A DNA stretch of 64,000 nucleotides, from positions 58,776,001-58,840,000 of the forward strand of contig OZ024744.1 of the NCBI GenBank assembly GCA_964016885.1. The letters are read 5' to 3'. A program made the translations under genes and the position numbers. Origin of the DNA: Eledone cirrhosa (taxonomy: Eukaryota). The notes beneath the pieces were generated by a model. That model made no database searches, was not told where the DNA came from, and saw nothing but the letters and a program-made list of their open reading frames with translations. This document shows, piece after piece, positions 12,471 through 24,490 of this stretch (position 1 is the stretch's first letter; each line of letters opens with the position of its first letter).

Positions 12471-12750
12471 GGTACTACTGGTAACATGTATCCCAGTACA
12501 ACCTGTCTCATGGTCGGGTCGTTGGCGACTAAACTGGCAACCTCATCAAGGTTTCTTGGTGAGGAGGGTGACTTTGGACATCCTGCAGGACTAAAAACAA
12601 AACCTGTCAAAGGGCAAAGGAGCTCTTAAGATTCAATGGCCATCTAAAATCACCGGGAGAGATGACCCCTTAGCCTTTGTCGAGGCAGAATTCTAGGAGA
12701 AGGAAAACTCTGATATAACACCTGCAACTCTGATGGTATCCAATGATGTT
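12471..12750 (+). mobile_element. Probable isolated 5' UTR of an RTE-like LINE
   Basis: GTCG..GCGACTAAA and CTAGGAGAAGGAAAACTCTGA motifs, which I associate with RTE leaders; no ORF follows. Confidence 0.45.
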
Positions 12751-13049
12751 GACTTGTTCTTCTTTTTGGTAAATATCATCTTGGTTAAGAGAGTGGGACT
12801 GGCTTTGTGCAGTGCCTTTGCTCACTATAAAAGCTTCACGGCACAGACATTGCTTTATATCTGGAGATCTCTCTGCACTTGTCGTCACATGGTACCATGG
12901 GCCCAGCACTATGTGTCAATAATTGTCACAGGTGTAATGTTTGTACCAGAGTTTTCAAGTCGCTGGCTGGACTAAAAAGTCGCACTTGTTCAGCGCAACG
13001 GTAAGGGTTCTCCTACATGGATATAAAGTAGTGGCCGTACTCGAAAACG

Positions 13050-15900
13050 AGTTGTGTGTGTGTTCTGGTTTTATAATTTCACAAATGTTTCGCAATAGAG
13101 AGAGAGTCGGTTTCTAACATAGACACAAGACTTTCTCATTGGAATTTACGCAACATCAACTAGGTAGATATGTCTGCATGCATGTGTGTGTAGATATATG
13201 TGCATGTCTGCATGCATGTGAGTGCAGGTATGGATGTTATTGTATGTGTGGATGTGGATGTTTTGAGTTGTATGTATGTGCAAGTGTATATGCTTAGTAT
13301 CTGTACATGTGTATATGAAGTTATTAGATGCAGTATTTTGGGAATGTTTTACATATTTTTACTGTTCCATTAATGGATTGTACTTGTAATTTCCTAACTA
13401 GTTGTGTTCTTTCTGTTCCTGTGAAGCCTAGCTTCTCAAGATTTGTATTGAGGCAGTTACTAACATACCCCAGTGCCCCAATAATCACAGGCATAAATCT
13501 GAAGGTGTAATCAGGGTGGAGTATCTGTAGATTTCTCATTAGTTCTGCATAAATATTCTCCTTTTCGCTAATCTTTGATATTATATTGGCATCTGCTGGG
13601 CAGCTAATTTCCACTACTGTGCATGTTTTCTTCTCCCTGTCCCATATCATAAAATCTGGTTTGTTATGGCTGCATTTTATTGGGGGCTTTACTGGAACAT
13701 TCCACCAGTACTCTTTCATATTATGTATGTGTATGTTTTCCACAGTGCTGTAGCTTTTAACGTGTTTATTGTCGGGGTTATCTTTTTTACGAACTGCATT
13801 GTACAGTGTTTTGGCCACTACATCATGCCTCATAGGTAGATAGTACCGCGATGACATCTTTGGATAGCTGCTTATGACATGAGAGACATCTTCGATGTTA
13901 ATTCTGCAGAGTCGGCACTTGTGTCACATCTAGGTGTTTTGCCTGCATCCCTATCTCTTTTGTGAATCAGGTATTTTGTGCTAATCTCCTGTTCTTGGAT
14001 TGCAAAAGCGTATCCTTCAAAGTGGGAGCCAATATAGCGGTTGTTGGTCCAAGATAGACTACTTTCCTTATCTATATTACTCTCACTCTGGAGCTTCCTG
14101 GCAACATATCCATGCATGATTTTTTGCTGATATGCAGGCAGTTTCTCATCCATGGATTCACTGCGGTACTGCTGGGCAATTTCCCTGGGTGTGAGTTTTT
14201 GATTATCACCAGGGAATATCTCTCGAGTAGTTCCTTCCCAACTCTCATGATCTTATCTGTTTCATGCAGACAGACTTGCTCAAAAGATGGGCTTCGAGGT
14301 TCGTAGATGTTGTCGGAGGGATATGATGCGACATTCAAATGCTGTCTAGACTGATGTTAGGCCTCTGCCTCCCTGCTTACGTTTCAAGTAAAGGAGGTCT
14401 ATGTCACTGTTGATGTGGAAGTTTCCGATGTTGTTTAGTCTTTTTCGAGTTCTAACATCAACTGCTCGGATTTCGTCTATCGTCCAATTGAGTATTCCAA
14501 ACGTTGGTGTTAGGACAGGCACAGCAAACACATTGTGAGCCACTGTTTTGTTTTTCGCAGAGAGTTCCGATGACCAGATCTTTCTTAATCGGGTGTAGTA
14601 TTCCCTGGTTACGCGTTCTTTATTACAGATACCATTATAGGATATGTTCTCATCTATCCCCAGGTACTGTAGCAGTCCTCATCAGATATCGATGAAACAG
14701 TTAGGCCATTGATACAAATGTTGCTAGATTGGGTTGTTGGTTTTCCCCTCTTTACAATAATATATGAACATTTATCTTGGCCAAACTCCATTTCTGTATC
14801 CTTTGAGAATGTTGTAACCAGGTCAAAATTTTTCTTCATCCCATCTCTGTTCTTGGCATAGAGTTTCAGGTCATCCACAAAGAAATTATGGGTTAGGTTC
14901 GTATTTCTGTCCTCCTGTGAGCCAATGATGTATCCCTCACATTTCTTGAGCAGAAAGAACAAGCAGAATGACAGGATAAATAGTATCACAGAGAGACCTG
15001 TCTCCCTGAAATATACCCCTGTGATATTTTATTTTATCAGTGAAAATATAGTCCTCCTTCTCTGTTTTTAACTTTAAGATAGTAACCCAAGAAGAAGACA
15101 ACTTCTCTATGGCTCTGATAATAATTGTTTCTACTTTTGGCACAAGGCCAGCAATTACTCAGTACATTACTGGTACTTTATTTTATCGACCCCGTAAGGA
15201 TGAAAGGCAAAGTTAACCTTGGCGGGATTTGAACTCAGACCATAAAGGGCCGTAACTCTTTTCTGCAAAGCATGGCGCCCGACTCTCTACTGATACTGCC
15301 AATCCACCGCTTCTCTATGGCTCTGATAATAATGTCTGGGACTTTATCAAGTCGGGGTCCTCTATCATCCAAGAGTGGGGAACAGAATCGAAAGCTTTCC
15401 TGTAGTCCAGCCAGACTGTAGCCATATTCCTCCTAAGTTGTCGCACCTCCGACATCGCAGTTTTGTTGATTAGTTGTTCAGCACACACCCAAATACCTTT
15501 CTCTCCAGGTGCTTGTTCATCTGTGATGTTATTATTTTCACAGTGATATTGGATGAATAGGTTCAGGGTGGCTGTATACATCTTATACATCAGGTTCTGG
15601 CATGCAATGGGTCGGTAGTTTTTTGCCAAGTGGGTGTCTTTGTTCTTGGGGACTAGTATTGTTTGTGCTAATGTCAACTATTCTGGTATATGTGTATCTC
15701 CCTTGAAAATTTGTTGGTAGAGGTCGGTAAGATACAACCGATAGAATATCATTTTTTTGTACCAGTAGCCGACAATCATATCTCTTATTGGTGTTTTCTT
15801 ATCTTAGAGTTTTCCTATCACAGTCTCGAGAGTATCATCATTTATTTCGTATGCTTTTGTTGTAGTGTAGGAACAATAGCTCTTTTGGATTTCTTTTAAT
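13050..15900 (-). mobile_element. R4/Dong-like RLE non-LTR retrotransposon, 5'-truncated and decayed
   Basis: NYRPIACQN, WLDYRKAFDSVPHSW, RGIFQGD, FFVDDLKLY, RKQGGRGL, RHDVVAK, HNKPDFMIWD..VVEISCP; stop at 13324. Confidence 0.88.
15122..15312 (-). mobile_element. Full-length SINE-A inserted in the LINE
   Basis: Flanked by duplicated CTTCTCTATGGCTCTGATAATAAT (15102-15125, 15310-15333). Confidence 0.92.
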
Positions 15901-15904
15901 CACA

Positions 15905-17450
15905 CTGCATCTCATTGGGCTGCCAATGAGGGACGAAGGCAAAATAACTGGCACCCCAGGCTCATTGTTATCATCTGCTCCTCTCTTTAGATAATCCATT
16001 AATCCATTGTACTCATCTACTCGCAATTGGGCTTGATTGTTCTTCAAGTATTGGAGCCTGCATCACTGTACTTTCACATAGGTAGCCACTACATATTCTT
16101 GAAATAGTTTGCCTACCTATGTATCACACTAAATCCTCCTCTATATGCTCAGCGGTATCTGTAATACTCCTACATTGTCAATCTGTTGTGGACGCGGGTC
16201 CTACGTTCCTCCGAATGCTGCATGCCTCTATGCCACCCAAAATACTCCATGTGGAAACACTAAAAGGTAGGTCATGGTGTCTAAGTGCCATGAAGTATAT
16301 GGTATTTTCTGGTGAGAATAGTATTCAGGGTAGATGACAATATCTCTGTGTACAAGTGGTGCACCATCCGTCCCTACAAAAACAACAGCTATTTCATTGC
16401 TAGTTGGTAAATTGTAGCGTCTCATATCTGATCCTCTTGTAAATCTTAATTCACAGTTCTGTATTGGACGATTTTCTCTTCTTGCTCTTTGCTGCTCTTC
16501 TTGTTCTCTGGCGTGCATTGTTTTGTATACTTCGACATATGGATTACATTCATGCAACAACTTATCATAGTCATTGTTTGTGGTGAGCAGTCATTATTTT
16601 GCGGTGTTTCCAATCTGTGCTGCACGGTTTCATTTACATCAATAATATATAGCTGGCCATATTGTGGTGTATTTTCTGCAGGGAACAGAGTGTGGTATTG
16701 TGATATGTCTGATCCTGAATACGAAAGCAATGCGGGCCTCTTCCAGGTGGAAAGGCAAGTTTAACACCAAATGAAGCGAAAGAAAATGCACAGTTGTAAT
16801 TGCGGATGTTCCTGTGAAATACAACTGCTTCCTGGCCTTCTTCAAAGAGATTTCTCAGCCTCTCAAGGTATATTTGCAATGGAGGCAGCACATTTTCCCC
16901 TTATTACAGCAGTTATAATTTTCATTTCTAAATTTCAAAGCTCCACAGTGATTGCATGAAACATTCATATCACCAAAATGAAATTCTTCTACATTTCGAT
17001 TAATATTAATTGCTGAGCAATTTCTCCTACGACGCTCATTATGCATTCTATTCTGTCTGAAATTCAGCAGTTCTTCAGCATTCATGTTTTCTATTCTAAG
17101 TCTATGCGCATCTCTCTGCTACTCAAGATAATGTTACCTAAGCCGATCATACCGTAAATGTAATGCATGTTCTGGGACCATATTATCTATTCTTTCTTGT
17201 TGTCTGAGTCTTTGTTTCTCCAGATATTATTGACGTTTATCTTGAAGCATATTTTCTCGTCTGTCGTCTTAGTATAGCTTGCTCTAAAACGATATGCCTC
17301 TTTTCTCCATTCATTTCCTCACGTCTCTGTTGCTGTCGTCTTTTTTCTCTTTCTATTATTTCTTCTTGTTGTTCGTGTGGTCCTTGCTCTCTATCTGCGC
17401 ATCCTTTCTCGAACAGTTTGCAACCATCTTTCTCGGCATAGAAAGATTAA
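15905..17450 (-). mobile_element. Helitron RepHel N-terminal fragment, pseudogenised
   Basis: CNHCGALKF..CCNKGK, YNCAFSFASFG, GPHCFRIQDQTYH, PQYGQLYIID, CNPYVEVYK, RRYNLPTSNEIAVVF, QAQLRVDEY, VILPSSLIGSP across shifted frames. Confidence 0.92.
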
Positions 17451-17744
17451 ATCCACTTTATTAAGGATAAATGTGTATTTGCATACATGTAGCAGTAATT
17501 TGATACTCTTTTACACTATAAAATCGGCCACCAAGAAGCTGACCTCTATGGCCGCATAGATAAGTTTTCATTGTGAATAGGGTTTTGAAAGCCAAAAATT
17601 GTCTGAGATTTTGACATATCAAACAGCCATCTGCTTGTTATCAAATCTCGGGGACAAATGAAGGAATATTTACAGAGTCAGAGGGCGGTTGCAGAATTGA
17701 TTCCTAGCAGTTAAGATTTAGTCTACTGCGCTACATAGACCCCA

Positions 17745-17749
<5 letters not shown>

Positions 17750-17832
<83 letters not shown>
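17750..17832. repeat. (CT)n microsatellite
   Basis: Directly visible. Confidence 0.97.
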
Positions 17833-17836
<4 letters not shown>

Positions 17837-18849
17837 GTAAATACATTTTTAATAATACCTTTGCAAGCAAACACGCATACACATCATCTGTGTATTGTCG
17901 TATAACTTCGGCGAAAGTTATATTTAATAAGTTAAAACATAGCGGCTTTGTGTTATTGTGGTTTATATATTTCTTTCCTAAGCGATCAGAGTAAATTACT
18001 TACCCAAGGAATCATCATATCATCATCATCATCATAATGAACACTTACTCACTTATTTGCCACCTGCAATCTCTAATCACTCTGTATCAAGCACACCAAT
18101 CTTCCTTCGCCTACACTGTACACCACAGTGACCACACCACTGAGCAATCCACTAATCAGTACACACACAACAACAGAATCAACACCACAACGCAACCATC
18201 CATCCTAGCATTAGACTCGCTATATATATATATATACTACCTTGCAACTGCGGTCGTTATATATCTTCTGACACACACATACACTCACACACATATTCTA
18301 ACACAAACACACATTCACACAATTGCACACATATACGCACATCTACACAATAATTATTACAGACACAGCGCTCTATGTATGAGTTATGTATGAGAATATA
18401 AATATAAACGCGCAAACACACATACACTCATACACACACATACACTCTCACACATACTAACACAAACACACACAGAGATACATTCACACAAACATACACA
18501 TAGCGTTTCACCACCCACTTCCTTCTTACATACAGAGCATTACGTTCTAGGAATCATTAAGGTGTGTGTGTGTACTTCTGTAGTCTGTGTTTCTGTTTTT
18601 ATATTTACGTGTAGAAAGTATGAAACACAAGCAGAATTATATAGGGTAAAATTATTTTTTATTTATGGAATATATCATAAAAATACAGTTTAATAGAAGA
18701 AGAAAAAAAGAAAATTTAGATTGAGAAGAATGGAATGTAAAATAGGAAAATGTAGAGAAAAAAAAGAAAAAACGGGAAGGGGCGGGAATGGCAAGAACTC
18801 TAATGTTACAGAAGAATGGGGAGCGGAAGGGGAGGATGAATGGGCTCTG

Positions 18850-19335
18850 GGCCTAGGGCGCGGAGGTAGAGGGGCTGGATCCCGCGGACAAGACTACAAA
18901 AGCATTTCCGCGGGCAATGGCCAGCGACACTCGCTGCAACAGCCACCCCACCTCACAGGTCTCCTTCCTCAGACGGGCCGCCGACGTTCCGATCTTGAGG
19001 AGGAGCTCGACTGTACGGGGTCCAAGTACGCCAGAGGTCTCGACGGCGGCCGATGTGAAGAGGAAGCGGCCGGACAAACCCCGATATTTGTTTATTTTCT
19101 CCGGTATTGTGGCCTGCATTGCAGGCCACAATACCGGAGTTTGTGGCCGAAGCGATTAAGTTAGAGACGGAGAACGTGTCGCAACAGGTGGCGTCCCAGA
19201 TGAGGGATGTACCTCCTTCGAATTGGAAGAGAATGATTCCATCAGGGCACTTGCCATCTCCGCGGTCAATGTCTGCTGGCTCCAGTAGTGATGGAAATAT
19301 GATAGTTTGTGCAACGGTCTCTCGGTGAGTTGTAG
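18850..19335 (-). mobile_element. CRE-like RLE 3' fragment
   Basis: LEPADIDRGDGKCPDGI...LIWDATCCDT...KINKY...AVETSGVLGP...LLQRVSLAIARGNA. Confidence 0.8.
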
Positions 19336-19903
19336 AAGAAAACGGGCAAGGACAGGCCAAGATATACTGATTCTACAGGCACTGTATGCAGTCGTAGACG
19401 CAGCATGGCCGATTGGTTAAGAAGATCACTTCGCAATTATACGATACCGGGTTCGATCCCACAGCCTGACACTAAAGTGTTCTTTACCATCGTGTGACAT
19501 TGACTGACTGTTTCCTCTCGTATCTTTAGTCACCAGACTGTCACAGATGGACGAAAGATGATGAATTACTGTGGGACACAGCACCTGAGATATAGCCGTT
19601 CAGCCAAGAATGAAGAGTTTGTCTAATTATCCTTTATCTCCCCTCTACTAATGCTTTCTTTCTTTTTTCGCTTTCTTTTTGTCCTTATAATATTAAAAAC
19701 TTATTTTGAAAATCTTGGTGGTGATATCTATAGAGCTACGAAGAAGATGAAAAATAAAATACACAGAATAGTGACAATGAGAGAAAAGGGTGGCTGAGAG
19801 ACTGACAGGCAGAATGACTAAGAGTGAAAAGAAGAAACAGGCAGATGTGGATAAGGAGAGGATATTTTAATAGAGAAGTTTTGTCACGTCAAGAACCTTT
19901 TAA

Positions 19904-20124
19904 CCCTTTAGTATTTACATTACTCTATATTTACTATTATATTTTCATGGTAAACACTTTATCTCACATAATTGTCTCACATAATATCTAATCTATGAGA
20001 TTTTGATATTATTTATTTTGAGAGCAATACTTTAATATCAGTATGAGCAGCTAGTTACAACCAGTTTGAACAGAAAGAAGTGAGAGAATTCTGGTTGGAT
20101 ATTGCCGGTTTAAATGCTAAAGGG
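19904..20124. mobile_element. piggyBac-type MITE
   Basis: TTAA|CCCTTTAGTATTTA ... TAAATGCTAAAGGG|TTAA; second copy at 58035-58252. Confidence 0.85.
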
Positions 20125-20914
20125 TTAACTCTTGATTGTGTCGTAGGGTCGCTGTAGTGATATACAGCGCGTCTTGGGTATTCAAAAATCTGGCTGCGGC
20201 CATCCCACTCTAGGTCTGGGCACAGTCGATTTCTTTTAGAGAAAGTGGGAAAGTGAGAAAGAGATATAGAGGGACTCTAGTAATAGACTGGTACTTTATT
20301 TATTGACCTCGAAAATCAAAGTTGACCTCGGCAAAATTTGAACTCAGATAGCGTAGATAGCCGGAACAAATACCACAAAGCACTCTATCTGACATTCTAA
20401 CGACTCTGTTAGATGGTATTTCAACGACATAGTTAAAATCTTATCTTTCGTCATTTATGCATTATTTATTCAAATTTGAATAAATAATGCGTGGTGTTTG
20501 AGAAAGAGAGAATGAGAGAGAAAGAGTGGGAGAGAGTGTGCGAGAGAGGGTGAGTATATGTGTGTGAGAGGGTGAGTGAGTGTGTGTTCTTACATAACCA
20601 TACCCAAGTAAACGAATACAACAAAACTAAACTAGACGAGATACACCATACAAAATACACTAAATACAATTACTCAGTTACAATTAAACATAATGTTTAA
20701 CATTAAAAACAACGTCCACAACAAGTAAAATTTATTCACCAAAATACTTAATATCTAATCAACAAAAACCTGAAAGTTATAACATAGTAATAAATCTAAA
20801 CCATAATTTTAACACCCCTAAACACAACAAACTAAAAATAAAATTAGAATTTGATTTTCGCTCGAGCATTGCAGATTACATAAATGTAAATATGGATTAT
20901 ATCGAATAATAATA

Positions 20915-21468
20915 TTAATAATTGTTTCTACTTTTGGCACAAGGCCAGCAATTACCCAATGCATTACTGGTACTTTATTTTATCGACCCCGTAAGGATGA
21001 AAGACAAAGTTAACCTCGGCGGGATTTGAACTCAGATCATAAAGGACCGTAACTCTATGCGGCAAAGCATGGCGTCCGACCCTCTATCGATACTGCCAAT
21101 ATTAATAATAATATTCGATTTGTTTGCAAGCAAAAGACGCCACTACGCTGTGTTATGTCGCTGAATCGAATATTATTATTATTTGCCTTTCATCCTTACG
21201 GGGTCGATAAAATAAAGTATCAGTAATGCACTGGGTAATTGCTGGCTTTGTGCCTAAAGTAGAAATAATTATTATTATTAGCAGTATCAGTAGAGGGTCG
21301 GACGCCATGCTTTGCAGCATAGAGTTGCGGCCATTTACGGTCTGAGTTCAAATCCCGCCGAGGTTGACTTTGCCTTTCATCCTTACGGGGTCGATAAAAT
21401 AAAGTACCAGTAATGCACTAGGTTATTGCTGGCCTTGTGCCTAAAGTATAAACAATTATTATTATTAT
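20915..21468. mobile_element. Cluster of three SINE-A copies (minus 20915-21100; plus 21182-21279 partial; plus 21280-21468)
   Basis: SINE-A sequence, each copy abutting an (ATT)n or (AAT)n tract. Confidence 0.88.
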
Positions 21469-22523
21469 GGACGTCATCCGATGGTCAGGCGGTCCATCTG
21501 CTGTTAACACCCGCTATGCGGAGGGCTGGGCATGCCATGGCTGATGATGCGCAGACATGCGCTCAGGTTACGCCATCTCCATCTCTTCCTCGACGGTGAT
21601 CAGGTGTGGTTGCCCTTTGCTAGACACATGTTTCCCCAGCTTGTCTCCTTGGCGGAGCTGCAGTCCTGGGTCAAGCGAAGACCGATAGGAAGCGCTTGGA
21701 GACTAGAATGTCTTCAGGTGGTTACAGCCCTCGACCAGTCGAGCAATACAATCGCTGGAAACTCCACCTTGGCTTTCTATAGAGGATTAGTGGAAGGAAA
21801 GAGCAACGACGCCCTTGGGGAGACTCTAGGCGTCGACGAAAACCAACTAGCCAATCTCTTAGGGAGAACTTTCGGGCCGAGGCCCATGGACAACTTCCAG
21901 AAATCCCTGGCCTGGCAGTGATACCGAGGAGCTTTGCCAGTACGGGATAGACTCTACAGGCATGGAAGGGCCGTCAGCCGAGCCTGTCCGATATGCACAC
22001 AGGGCGATGAAACCGTCCTACACGCACTCGTCCAGTGTCCAAGCATTGCTGATTTGTGGGTTTATGCCGAACACCTGCTGTCACGTTTAGAACGGATCCG
22101 GCTATCAGCTGAGTCCATCGTGAAGATAGCCACGCCGCCTTCCTTTAGCCGAGAAGGGCAGGTGGTTTTTATCTGCCTGCGGACCATGGTAAAAGAGATT
22201 GTATGGTGGACACGTCTGAAAGGGTTGAAGACCGGTACTTTCCTCTTCGGTGACGCCCTCATTAACTTTTTCAGGTTTCGCCTGAAGAGGAAAATCAGGG
22301 TGGAGAGTGAAGTGCTGACCTCCAGCCAGTTTGTTTAAAGGTGAGTGAGAGAGGCAAGAATGGCCCGTGTGATTGGCTCTACCCTGAGCGTGTACCTGTA
22401 GCATTGTAGGAGGAAAACTGGAAGAGGGAATTTGCCCTAGCGGTCAGGGTAACCGTGGCTTTTCTTGTGGGCTTTCTCCACGAGCAACCCTCCAAGGTTT
22501 TCCCCCTTTTGGGAATTTTTCAT
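21468..22523 (+). mobile_element. Tx1/L1-clade LINE fragment
   Basis: GGLGMPWLMMRRHALRL...CPIC..ETVLHALVQCP; in-frame stops; 3' UTR cut short. Confidence 0.9.
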
Positions 22524-24404
22524 GTCGCTGTACAGCGACATCTGCTCGATTGTGAGGATGAACGGTCACCTGTCGCAGCAGTTCAGCATTATGCGCTCGG
22601 TCCGCCAGGGTTGTCCACTCTCGTCCCTCTTGTACGTATTGGCTCTCGAGCCGTTACTGCACAAACTGGGGGCAATGAGGGGAGTCCCACGTGAACTAGG
22701 ATGCGGGAAATCCGAGTCGGCTTACGCCGACGACGTCACCGTGGTGGTGTCGAGCACCAGACACGTCCAGATGCTTGGTACCGCTCTCAAGGAATACGAA
22801 GCGGTGACAGGAGCAAAGATAAACCAGGAAAAGTTGGTGGGCTTGCGGCTCGGCACCTGAAGAGGCAAGTCTATGCCGTCCGACAGCGTCGAGGGGCATT
22901 GGACGGACGGGCCGGTTAAATTGCTCGGGGTCTGGTTCGGACAGAACCTCCAGTTGGAGAAAAACTGGAACGAGGTGACGAGCAGGGTGGCCTCCCTCAC
23001 CCAGAAATGGGCCGAGAGGAAGCTGTCCCTGAAAGGCCGGGCGGAAGTGGCGAATGCGTACATCGCATCTATCATCTGCTACCGCCTCACCGTCGTCCCT
23101 TGCCCCGGCCCAACTCTCACCAAAATGGAACGCCTCCTCTTCCGCTTTTTGTGGAAGGGACGCGCTCCCATGGTCAGACGATCCATCTGCTGTCAACACC
23201 CGTTGCGTGGAGGACTGGGCATGCCATGGCTGATGATGCGCAAACATGCGCTGAGGCTGCGACATCTCTGGTGCTTCCTTGACGGTGAATAAGTGTGGTC
23301 GCCGTTCGCCAGGCACGTTTTCCCACAGCCCGTCTCCTTGACGGAACTGCAGTCCTGGGTCAGGAAAAGACCGAGGGATAGCGCTTGGAAACTGGAATGT
23401 CTCCAGGCGCTCACTGCCCTCTGCCAGCTGGGCACCAATATCGGTGAAACATCCACCTCGGCGTTCTATAGAGGACTAGTGGAGGGGAAGAGCGACGACG
23501 TTCTCGGAGAGATCCTGGTCGTCGAAGAAAATCAACTGTTTGCTCTCTTCCGGAGAACTTTCAGCCCAGGGCCTATGGATAACTTCTAGAAATCCCTGGC
23601 CTGGCAGTGCTACCGGAGGGCTTTGCCGGTTCGAGATAAGCTCTAAGGCACGGAAGTGCCGTCAGCTGAGCCTGTACGAGATGCGCGCAGAGCAACGAAA
23701 CCGTCGTGCACGCACTCGTTCAGTGCCCGAGCATTGCTGACTTGTGGAGCTATGTCGAACAGTTACTGTCGCGTGTAGGACCGATCCGGTCATCGGCTGA
23801 GTCCATTGTGCAGATGATCTCGCCATCTTCCTTCGAGGAGGAAGGGCTGGCGGTTTTCCTCTGCCTGGTGGCCATGGCGAAAGAGATTGTGTGGTGGACA
23901 AGGTTGAAAGGGTTAAAGACAGAGACTTTCCTCTTCGGCGAATCCCTGATTAACTTTTTCAAGTTTCACTTGAAGAGGAAAATCAGGCTGGAGAGGCAAG
24001 TGCTGCCTTCTAGCAAGTTTGTTGAAAGGTGGGTGAATGTAGCGAGAATGGTCCGAGTGAACGGGACCGCTCTGAATATACGCCTGTAGTTTAAGAGTTT
24101 AAGGAATGTGAAAAAATTGAGAGGGGGCGCTTGCCCTGGTGGTCAAGGTGGCCGTGGTCTTTTGTGTGGTTTTCGCCACGAGTAACCCTCTGAGGGTTTC
24201 CCCCCTATTAGGGAATTTTTCATTGTTTCAAATTTCATTTTTATTGTTTATATATATATATATGTTTCTATGTCTTTTTTTTCTTTTCTTATATAAATAA
24301 TAAAAATCTTTACACGCACAAAACCCACATCGTACCGTCCTGTACCGTCCCGTGCCGTCTATAATGTTTTTTCTTGATGTCAGCCCTTGTGGCCAATAAA
24401 GAAA

Positions 24405-24406
<2 letters not shown>
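22524..24406 (+). mobile_element. Tx1/L1-clade LINE, RT to 3' end
   Basis: RSVRQGCPLSSLLYVLALEPLL, AYADDVTV, VKLLGVWF, CCHC knuckle; ends CCCTTGTGGCCAATAAAGAAATC followed by (ATT)n. Confidence 0.92.

Positions 24407-24490
<84 letters not shown>
24407..24490. repeat. (ATT)n tract shared by the Tx1 and Dong 3' ends
   Basis: Directly visible. Confidence 0.97.

Noticed and set aside
22465-22860. Novel fusion protein starting in a 3' UTR
   Set aside because: Accidental read-through from one Tx1 UTR into a stop-interrupted RT fragment.
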